Below, piece by piece: positions 41,594 through 51,160 of a stretch of 64,000 nucleotides of DNA; the first letter of the stretch is position 1, and every line of letters starts with the position of its first letter. The position numbers and the translations under genes are program-made. The DNA lies in assembly GCA_008369845.1 (NCBI GenBank), contig MRSU01000672.1:1-64000 (forward strand). Reading direction: 5' to 3'. The notes below the pieces were generated by a model. The model did not search any database. It saw only the letters and a list, made by a program, of their open reading frames with translations, and was not told the DNA's origin. The DNA is from Trichomonas gallinae. Taxonomy: Eukaryota.

Positions 41594-42490
41594 ATGATTT
41601 CTTTCATTTTCTTTGTCTCTGCAGTTTGTGAGACTGCTGAAGAAACAGAAAACGTCTCTAATGACGATGATTTAAAAGGTCTTCTTGAAATTGTAACAAT
41701 TTCCCCTGATAAATGTCCATATAATTTGAACAATAGTCTAAACACTTACTGTCCACGATTGGATATGACAACAAGGAAGAAATTAGCTGTCCAAATGATG
41801 CTGTGCGAGTTAGCAAAGGATGGGAGACATCCTGAGAAGCCATACAGAAATAACGACGATGCATTTATAAAACAACTGTCAAACCAAGAATTTGTCATAT
41901 ACACAACATTTTTCACTCAAATCGACAAGCTTTGTTACCAAACTCTTCATCTTTCTCAATATCACCAAATTGAACAGATTTTAGACAGTACATTTGAGGC
42001 AATCAACTTTTCATCAGAATTTCTTTCGATGTTTTCTACAAAAATGAGTGATCAGACTAACAAATCAAGAGAAGCAATCAAAAAAATCGAAGAAACGGTT
42101 TATCAAAGCACAGAACTGTCGCGAACAGTCTTGGAAACACTTCAAAATTCATGGAATAACATAACTTACATTCTTACGCTTCAAAAGCAGTATCAATATC
42201 ATATAAACAGTGCAAAACTGTATTTTAAGGTCAACCTCATAGCATTTTTGCTATCATTTATTATCCCTAATGTATTTACGCCAATTCTCAGCTTGACAAT
42301 TTTATTTGGAATTTTCGAATTTCAGCTTTTTGGAGTTAATGAACAGTCATACATACGCCATATGAAAAAAGTTTATGTGATTATATGTGCGTTAATCATT
42401 TTCTCAAGCTTAAGATTAAAATTAACAGAGATTAAACGTAGGATGTGGGACCCTCTTATGAAACCAAAGAAGAGGCACTATATTCGATAA
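41594..42490 (+). CDS. GEX1: GEX1/Kar5/Brambleberry-family nuclear envelope fusion protein
   Basis: Signal peptide; Cys-rich domain C...L...C..L.....KLAVQMMLCE...DGR...F..YTTFFTQIDKLCY; coiled-coil region; 2-3 C-terminal TM segments; basic tail. Confidence 0.75.
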   Translation: MISFIFFVSAVCETAEETENVSNDDDLKGLLEIVTISPDKCPYNLNNSLNTYCPRLDMTTRKKLAVQMMLCELAKDGRHPEKPYRNNDDAFIKQLSNQEFVIYTTFFTQIDKLCYQTLHLSQYHQIEQILDSTFEAINFSSEFLSMFSTKMSDQTNKSREAIKKIEETVYQSTELSRTVLETLQNSWNNITYILTLQKQYQYHINSAKLYFKVNLIAFLLSFIIPNVFTPILSLTILFGIFEFQLFGVNEQSYIRHMKKVYVIICALIIFSSLRLKLTEIKRRMWDPLMKPKKRHYIR

Positions 42491-43107
42491 TCAATACATT
42501 AATCCAGCATTGTTTGTAAAATAAAAATTAATAATACAAAAACATTCACATTTTTTGTTATAATATACTTATCTATGAATATAATTTGCCTTTTCTAATA
42601 TAATAGCAATGAAATAATGAGAATCAATAAAGATTTGAACAATTTCACGAAAGAATGAAACTTTTATGTGATTTAATGTTATGTAACATGTTACTTGAGA
42701 TTGCAGGATTTGTGTTCGAAAATATAAATTTAATGCTGAGAATGCTTTAGTTATTGCTTCAATTTTTAATCTGCAAAAAAATCATTTAAAACAATTTATT
42801 ATTAGCAAATTATTATATATAAATTATTAAATGTGCGAACATCTGGTCTTACTAGTGGAATCTTTGCATATTCATTCCATAGAAACAGTATAATCTCAAA
42901 ATGTTTACATGTTATTGATGGACATCTTCATTTTTTAAAAAAAAGATGAAGAAATATAGTTTCTCTTGTGTTCATGTTTAACTTCTTGGTTTTTTTTTTA
43001 GTTCTATTCACTAGGCATATATCAAAATATAGATAATGAATGTGAAAAAAAAATGTGGTGAATATAAGACAAACATCTTTATTTTTGCATGATAAATAAT
43101 AATATTA

Positions 43108-44973
43108 TTATTTCTTCATAACAACTTCAAGTGAGCATAAAGTTCCTGACGTTCCCATGAAAAGCACGTACTGCTGGTCCTCTGTGTATTCCTTGGCTTC
43201 AATCTCCACGTCGATGCTCATTCCTGGGATAATCAGTCCACTCGATGGAGAAACAGTCAGATTGTCAGAGAGAAGATGAACATTGAACTCTGCAGTAGTA
43301 AACGAAATGTTCTCAATGCTGACTTTGACTTTCTTCCTCTTTTTAACTTCGACAGTTGATGGATTTGCCATGCATATTGGCCTTTCAAGAGAAGTCAGCT
43401 CGTTGTACTTCCTCTGCATGAGATTGTTGAAGTCCTCCTTCCTCTCAGCGTTTTCTGCTGGTATGAGAACCTCGAATGAGCCGTAAACTGGTCTGTGATC
43501 TGAAATTCTAGACGAACCTGATGTGTAAATTACGTTCTTTGGGAGGTTCTCTGGGTAGTTCTTGGTTGGTTCATCGGGAGAGAAGTAGCTTTGGAGCATG
43601 AAAGGGAACCTTTGGTCGCCGTAGTGATAAAAAACATCAGTTTCGAATGAAAAAGTATCAGCAAGGCCGACAGTAAGCCTCGGTTCGAATTTCTTGGATA
43701 GTATCCTATCAGTGTATGATGGAACTCTCTTTTTCTTCGATGTATCATAGGTATCTGAGTTTGGATCGAATTTGTATGTTGGCTTAAACGTGATTTCTGG
43801 CTCCCATAATTCCCCAAGCTCAGGAATTGCTTTCTTTTGCGCCAGCAGCTGATCATTTTCAACGAGAGTCTTAATATCCCATTTATCACAAAGTTCAATG
43901 GTTTTATCGTGTGATAACATGATCCTGTAGTTCAGGTCGCCGCATATGAATAGCAAATCGGTATCGCGTGGAACCATATCAATAATTTGGATTAATTGCT
44001 GATTTCTGCTTTCGATGTTTTGATCATTAGCAGCAAGGTGGCAGCCAACGAGGGTGATGTTTGCCGCACCTGCTTCAATGTTGAAAGCAACAACAGACTT
44101 ATTTGCAACGATTCCCATTGCGCCAAGTCTCAATTTCTTCGTTTTTGCGAGTCTAAGCTGCTGGTTGTTTTTGTTGAGGGCTAAGCAACCGAATACACCG
44201 CCCAAAGAAACTGCATCCACGATTTCAAGGTCTGATGTTGACAATGCAGTGTGAATTACGCCTTTCCATTGTTCTAACTTCTCGGAATTGCCAATGACCA
44301 TGGAATTAACACTCATGTCTATCTCTTGGAAAGCCCAAAAAGCAACATCTGGATATTCATTTTCTTTAACAATCTTCATTAATTCCTGAACAGCAAATGT
44401 TGTAGGAATGGCTTCAGCGACATTCCAAGTCATGATATTCACCTTTATTGGCGTTGCATAAGTATAATATGAAGAATTTAAAATCTCACATCTCGATTTC
44501 CATATCTCTTCTGCTTGCTTTGAGTATGGCACAGGCGATAAACCGTACTTTGTCGTATACAAATCGACTGCATCGTAAGGCGGGTGATATGTTCTCGGCA
44601 TTGCATGAGTATTGATGAAGTTTTTGTTGTTTTCATGGAAATCATCTTGTATGTTGCATGATATATTCGTCGTTAGACGTATTTGCGATATAAAAATTTC
44701 AAATTCACGAGATTTTTCGCATTTAACGACAACTGTTTTGTCTCCGTAATCCATGAATGTGAAAATGATTTCGTCTAATGACGTGTAAACCGTTATTAAT
44801 CGCGTAATTGGTAAAATGCATTGTTTTTGAGAATTAATTTCTTTGAAGTAAAGAAAAGGCAGCTTCATTGAACCGTTCTTCAGCAGTATTTGCATGGATA
44901 CGTCAGTGCTGTCCATAGTGAAAATGCCATTGCATCCGCACCAAAAATCTAATGAATCCAGTAAATCATCCAT
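43108..44973 (-). CDS. Inositol polyphosphate 5-phosphatase, OCRL/INPP5B-like
   Basis: MTWNV, FQEID, ANKS, CHLAA, GDLNYRI, PTYKFD, RVPSYTDRIL, SDHRPV; C-terminal ASH/Ig-like beta domain. Confidence 0.93.
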   Translation of the reverse strand: MDDLLDSLDFWCGCNGIFTMDSTDVSMQILLKNGSMKLPFLYFKEINSQKQCILPITRLITVYTSLDEIIFTFMDYGDKTVVVKCEKSREFEIFISQIRLTTNISCNIQDDFHENNKNFINTHAMPRTYHPPYDAVDLYTTKYGLSPVPYSKQAEEIWKSRCEILNSSYYTYATPIKVNIMTWNVAEAIPTTFAVQELMKIVKENEYPDVAFWAFQEIDMSVNSMVIGNSEKLEQWKGVIHTALSTSDLEIVDAVSLGGVFGCLALNKNNQQLRLAKTKKLRLGAMGIVANKSVVAFNIEAGAANITLVGCHLAANDQNIESRNQQLIQIIDMVPRDTDLLFICGDLNYRIMLSHDKTIELCDKWDIKTLVENDQLLAQKKAIPELGELWEPEITFKPTYKFDPNSDTYDTSKKKRVPSYTDRILSKKFEPRLTVGLADTFSFETDVFYHYGDQRFPFMLQSYFSPDEPTKNYPENLPKNVIYTSGSSRISDHRPVYGSFEVLIPAENAERKEDFNNLMQRKYNELTSLERPICMANPSTVEVKKRKKVKVSIENISFTTAEFNVHLLSDNLTVSPSSGLIIPGMSIDVEIEAKEYTEDQQYVLFMGTSGTLCSLEVVMKK

Positions 44974-44980
44974 TTTTTAA

Positions 44981-45380
44981 AAAATTTTACGCAATAAATT
45001 TTATTTTTAAATTCATTTCATGACTGTAATTCTAAATTTAAAATATTGGCCGTCAAATACGAAAGATTAAAAATCAAATTACAACAAAGTTGTTTTTAAG
45101 CAAAAATATTATCATATTTTCAATATATAGCGCATAGAATGATTATTTTTCTAATTATTTTTGCTTAATGTAACGAAAAAAAAATTTACGCAATAAAAAT
45201 TAATTTTGAAATCAGTTTATTATTATAATACTAAGTTTAAAATATTGGGCGTCAAATACGAAAAAATAAAATTCGTTACACGTAAAAGTTGTTTTTAAAC
45301 GATTTAATTATCACATTTTCAATATATAGTTTATAAGATGATTATAACTGTAATCATTCTTGTCTATTGTGCTGAAAAAA
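44981..45380. repeat. Diverged tandem duplication, unit ~199 bp, upstream of the 5-phosphatase
   Basis: TTTACGCAATAAA at ~44986 and ~45185; GTCAAATACGAAA at 45052 and 45251; AAAGTTGTTTTTAA and ATTTTCAATATATAG also recur at the same offset. Confidence 0.85.
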
Positions 45381-45827
45381 TTTTGTCTATAATATATTTT
45401 TTGTTAAATATGAGCCAATTAGCAGTAAATGCACAGGTAAAAGTAATGAATAGTTTTTATATGTGATGCCTTTTTTGTATAATAATGTTCTTTAAAATTA
45501 TTTGTTTTTCGGTTCTATCGACTACAATTTCGTCTTAAATTTATTAATCTATTAATTTTTAGGCAGAAAAACACCAAATGCATTTTTGAATTTTATCGCA
45601 GATAATAATACGTTTTTGGTTGCTCTTCACATTGAATCATGATAATACAGACATATTTTAAATTGCATATTCAAGTATAACTGTTTCTTGTTAATTTTCT
45701 TCAAAGATATTCCAATTTTAATTACTTAAACTTGTAAAGAGCTAAATGGAAAAAGATTCAAACTATTACTACATGAAGAATGATTTTTAACACAGTAAAC
45801 TAATACCGAAACAAATGTAAGGAATTT

Positions 45828-46790
45828 TCATGGATCAGGTGATTTTGAAATGAATAAAACCTTCTTAGGTGACATTTTCCCGCATAGATGGCATATGCTA
45901 GAACCAAATAGTGATCTATTCCTTAATTTTGGATGGAAAATTTGATGTGATCTGCAGCCAATATCGGATCTGCGAATCTGGAGTTTATTATTCGTTTGTG
46001 AGGAAGGCTGCATATTGTAAAAATAAGGAGAAGCAAGCAATTCATCAATAGATGCCCTGTGATTTGGATCAACTTGAAGACATCTCCTTATTAATGTTCT
46101 TAAATGGTTATCTGCAATAATATAATCTGGGTACATACCACATTTAATTGATTCTGCTAATTGTTTTACGTCTAAAGCAAAGAATGGGTATTGATATGAC
46201 GCGAGATAATATAAAGTAACACCGACAGCCCAGATATCAGCTGCCATGGGATTGAATGGCTTTTTCATGAACAGTTCTGGAGCCATGAACAATTTTGTTC
46301 CTTTGAAAGATGAACTCATAGGATTTTGGCTATATATAGTAGACAAGCCAAAATCTGTAATTTTTATGCGCCCATACTTATCGATAAGGAAGTTGCTTGG
46401 CTTAATATCGCAGTGTGCTATATTTCTTGAGTGACATGCCTTGATTCCTGATAAAACTTCGTAGCAATATCTCATGAGTAAGTCTGGGTTTAACTCCTTG
46501 ACTTCTCTCATGAGTTTATCGAGGTCATTAGGGCAGTACTCAAGTAACATGTAAACATTATTTTCGAATTTATAGAAATCATAGAGATTTACAATGTTTG
46601 AATCATCCAACTGTTTCAAGCATTGTATCTCTGATTCATTAAAATGACACATAGCAACTTTTTTCATGACAAAATTGCATTTGTAATTTTCATGGAAAAC
46701 GAGATAAACCTCACCATATGACCCTCTGCCTATGAAACTCAGATATGTAATTCCCAACGTTTTGAAAAAGCGTTGCTCCTTCTCCTGCAT
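45828..46790 (-). CDS. Ser/Thr protein kinase, CAMK-group
   Basis: GRGSYG, VMK, HCDIKPSN, DFG, APE, DIWAVG; AAAGTGAC motif upstream at 46816-46823. Confidence 0.93.
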   Translation of the reverse strand: MQEKEQRFFKTLGITYLSFIGRGSYGEVYLVFHENYKCNFVMKKVAMCHFNESEIQCLKQLDDSNIVNLYDFYKFENNVYMLLEYCPNDLDKLMREVKELNPDLLMRYCYEVLSGIKACHSRNIAHCDIKPSNFLIDKYGRIKITDFGLSTIYSQNPMSSSFKGTKLFMAPELFMKKPFNPMAADIWAVGVTLYYLASYQYPFFALDVKQLAESIKCGMYPDYIIADNHLRTLIRRCLQVDPNHRASIDELLASPYFYNMQPSSQTNNKLQIRRSDIGCRSHQIFHPKLRNRSLFGSSICHLCGKMSPKKVLFISKSPDP

Positions 46791-48295
46791 ATTTTTAATT
46801 GAAATGATTAATTAAGTCACTTTTATGTGAAACTAAATTGTGACATAGATAGAGCATAATATAATAATAATAATTGTCGTGAAGTAAATTTTGAAACGAT
46901 TATGAAAATAAGCTTGTGAAGAAAAATAAAAATGAAACATGTTAGAAAATGGTTAATAACTATAAATACATCAATATTCATCTTCAAATTTTGTGAACTG
47001 CGGTTTTAACCAACAAATTTTGTGACGAATTTTTTTGTATGCTACTTTTAATAGGTTTATAAATTTTGTTGAATAAAAATCCTATATAATGAGATACTCA
47101 TTAATACTAAACGAAATATAGAATTTTCCATCTGGTAAAATATTGTATAATAACTAATACTAAATACAATCGCCGATTTTAGATTTTTTCAATGTATTTT
47201 GAAAAATAAAAAATCCGCAAACTCGTAAATCTTACTATAGTACTGATATTAACATAGGTCTTAATTATTATGCTATTTTTTATGTACTGACATAATAATT
47301 AAGTACAACAATCATTTCTGCATAGCGCCAAAAAAATTTATTGCAAATCATTCAATTTTTTCTTAGTGAAGTTTCTAATAATCTTTCAAAAAATTCAATT
47401 CAATTTTGTTACCATTTTTTCAATATATGTTGTTTAGTAGTTATATTACAGCAACTTTAATTAATAAAAAAATTATAAAATCGAATGATGCGTAAGCATT
47501 ATTTTACTATAGCATTTTCAACAACACATAAGTATCTGACAACAATTATTACTGTCTTGAACTCTAAAACTATTTTTTTATGTCTGAATCACGATTAAAT
47601 TCTGAATCTTGCAGTGATAGGTTTTAAAAGCTGCGTGTATCAGCACATCAGATCATTCCCGTGTATAAATCGGTCTTTATCGAAATGAGATCTGAACCCA
47701 ATAGAAAAACAGTACATTTTTATCACTTAAAGAGTGATCTCTTTGCTCATATAGAGTTTATAGCCGAATTCTGTTGGAGAAAAGCAATAAAAGTCATTTT
47801 GCAGAATTCATTCTCAAAAAATTGTTATCACTTTATCCTGATTTTAAACCAATAAATATCATCTATGCACATATCTTACCTGTTGTATAACATTAAAATG
47901 TTGCTTTACCGAATCAAAGGAGATTTGCAATCACGAAGTTAAATCCAAACTTACAATTACAATTACGATTATGACTCCATTCATAGGTCTTAATTAACCA
48001 ATATTATGTTCTGGTGAGGATATGTTAAAATATTAATTAAAATTCTTCTAGAAAACAATTTTCATTTATTATCATGATCAGCTAAGTTAAAAATATGGAA
48101 ATTGTTTGAAACAAATATATATTCACTATCAAGAGATTTGAAAATTCACAAAACTTTGATACAACAGAGGATAAACCAACAATTTAAGTGATTTATCCCC
48201 ACAACATGCCATTTTTCAACCCCTTTATGGTGCATATGGATATAAATGTCGACATTCCTTAAAAACAGGTTGTAAATTTATGAAATCATTTTGTT

Positions 48296-48767
48296 ATGTC
48301 AAATATCGAGATTGACTTTGTAGAAATGATAACCAATACAGCGAAACAACTAAATGCAAAGATCCAGCATCTAGAAGACGAAAATAACAAAGTAAAACAG
48401 GAATTAAAACAATTTCCTATTGGATATATATTCCTTACAATGGATGAGATTAGACGATGGTTTTCTACTTTCTCAACCACGTGGTGGAAAAACCTGTGGT
48501 AGCAGGTACATCACACATGCAAATATGCCTTCACATACGCATGAATCCGAATTTCGTATACAGAATCGCTTTGAAATCATTCATATTAATTGTGAAGAAG
48601 CTCGAAATTCGAAAAAAATTCACATCATAGACTCAGAATATGGTACTGTTTGTGCCATTACTAGTACTGGGTCTGTAAAAATAGTTGGAAATGTAAAAAG
48701 CTCTGGGCAAGGTGAACCATAATATCCTGAGTATATATCTGAGGTTGCATGGAAGCGTATTGGCTAA
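48296..48767 (+). pseudogene. Disrupted gene resembling the phage baseplate gp10 / tail-fibre C-terminal domain
   Basis: Frame A: coiled coil + FPIGYIFLTMD. Frame B: WMRLDDGFLL...GG...ITHANMPSHTH...SSGQGEP*YPEYISEVAWKRIG*. One frameshift near 48440-48450 and an internal TAA at 48720-48722. Confidence 0.65.
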
Positions 48768-49206
48768 CTATACTCTTATTATTGTTATTTTTAAACTCAT
48801 ATTTTGTATTTAGTTCTTAAAATAATTTTCAAAGATAAAATATCAAAATATAAGCACCTATAATATGAATACATATAACAAACACAGATACAAAACGAAT
48901 CAACCTACTCCGATATCATATATGCGTTTATATTGCTCGACCAATATAATATTGTTATGTAAAAAATGAGTCGAGTGAAGTGAGTTTTGATACATGCACA
49001 CATAATAATAACCATAGCACTAAACGGAAAGTAGACATTTAGATTATATAATTTTTATGATTTTGATAAAATAATGTAGAAAAAAGGGAAAAGATAATAA
49101 GATAGAAACATAATTTAGTATTAATATACAAAGGATGGTCGTAAAGACCAATCTTAAAATATAAAATTTCTGTAATAATTTGTATTCCCAGACACTATCC
49201 CATAAT

Positions 49207-49416
49207 TTAGTATGAGACGATCTTAGGCATTCTTTCTCGTTGATTTCTTCGTCGATTTTTCATGTAAGCGAGCGTTAAAGCGATTACATGGAAAGGTGCT
49301 TCCTCAGCAATAGGCTTAAATCTTTTCGAATCACTCATTGACGATGATGAGTACGACTTATAATCGGATTCGAGCTCTTCTAATGGCTCAAAGGCGCATG
49401 AATCTTCGCTAGACAT
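49207..49416 (-). CDS. Small hypothetical protein (69 aa)
   Basis: MSSEDSCAFEP...; GC-richer than flanks, acidic N-terminus, basic C-terminus. Confidence 0.45.
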   Translation of the reverse strand: MSSEDSCAFEPLEELESDYKSYSSSSMSDSKRFKPIAEEAPFHVIALTLAYMKNRRRNQRERMPKIVSY

Positions 49417-51160
49417 TTTCAAAATATGGCAGGCAGGTGACAATTCTGAATGAAAGTTTTTGTATAAAAATTCATATTTTAAAATTACCAATACTAGATA
49501 TAATTATGCAAAAATAATTTTTAAATAGAAAAAAATTTAAATTCAAATATTCGATATTAGATATAATAAAACAAATATAAAATTCAAAAAGAAGATCTTC
49601 CTGTCAAATTTGACGATGAATTCATGGTTTTTTTGAAATTTGAAAAAAAGAGATTTTGACCATTTATTTGGAGAAATACTTCTTTAGCTATTGTCAATCA
49701 AAGTGTGACAATAATTTGGAAGAAAAAATTTTCTGTCATTCTGCAAAATCACCTCTAAAATCATTGCTGAGTTTATATATTGGGAAATGCAAATGAATAC
49801 TCTAATAACCTGATAGATCCAAAATAATTTATTATTGAAATAGGGAGTTACAAGATCGGAAAAAACCGCTCAAACAAAGTTTAAATTTTTCGAGTTTAAC
49901 TATAATTAGCGTCATATACTGCATATATAAATGTATTTCGTAATGATCTTTAGGCAATAAGTCCGATATTCATCATGATTTACGAAGATATATTTAAACC
50001 AACGATTAAATTCCCTTCAAAATAAATAACCTTATCAAATACAACAAGAATAGTGTGATTTTTTATCGTCCCATGAATACTTTTGCCATTACACATTATT
50101 TTGTTTGCTTTCTCCAAGAGTTGAATTTTAATCAACCTACAGCTATTACAGTCGAGTTATATCATTTATATCCAATCTAATTCTCAATTATTGGCATTCA
50201 CTTTCCATCATTATTATCAGCAATACGAATCATATAATTTTAATACATCGATTTCAAATTTATTTTACCTAGTATGATGAATTGCAATACATCTAGTTAT
50301 CTATTAAGCAATTGATGATTGCTTATCAAGATCAGAAATCATTTCAATATCTTTCAAACCTAAGAAATCAACCCCATTCATCATATAAAAGGGTGACCTG
50401 AATTATCTTACTTTAAATTGAATAATTAATAAGTCTAGTTGATTTCCAATAACATTTCAGCAATTTCAATAATTTGTTTAATTAAGAATTAGAAAAGAAC
50501 TACTCGATCTGCCTTAGTTTGATTATAAAGTTCATAATACCTTTGAAATGGCTTGCAAAAAAGCAATATATAATTTCTGTAAATAGAATTCTGCTGTGCA
50601 TCCTTTTATCAAGAAAAATATATGTTTCTTTCTGTATTGCATGATAATTGAGAATCAAGTATTATGATTTGAACAAATTATTAATTTCCGAATTTATAAT
50701 CTTTGATTTGAGTTGTAGTTCAAATTTAAACTATCTATATGTTTCATAACATCTTCATAAATCCCATTAATGTTTGATGAATAAGCATATTCAAGAAAGG
50801 TTCTTGATAAAGCATTAAAGATAAGCATTTAACTCTTCTATATATAATCAAGAAAGCCTAATTTGATATTTGAGATCATTTAATGAGATGCAATCCGCTT
50901 GCAATTTTTTCCCCAAAGTATTGATTTCATTTTTCGATCAAAGTAAAGCGAAATGTAAGCATGCTGTATGTTTATATGCATATATTTAGAGTAATTTTGG
51001 CTCAAAGTGACAAAGAAAAAAATTTGTTTACATACAGTCAAGTTTCGATATAAATTTAAGCTTACATCGCAATGAGTAAATCATATCCAGAAAAACTGGA
51101 AATCTTGCGCCGATATAAAAATAAATACGTTATTCGAAAATTTCCAAAAAATTGAAATAA

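Noticed and set aside
27011..44973. Idea that SF1, the ncRNA candidate, dynein and GEX1 form a functional (karyogamy) cluster
   Set aside because: Dynein does move nuclei during karyogamy in some fungi, but neighbouring genes in such genomes are generally unrelated; adjacency alone is not evidence without conserved synteny or co-expression.
47580..47990. Slightly GC-richer patch with a 64-aa GTG-start ORF
   Set aside because: No ATG/Inr context and no recognisable product; may be old pseudogene debris but unsupported.
49900..50940. Possible heavily decayed coding remnant on the minus strand
   Set aside because: Short coding-like stretches, but stops in every frame and no motif I can assign with confidence.
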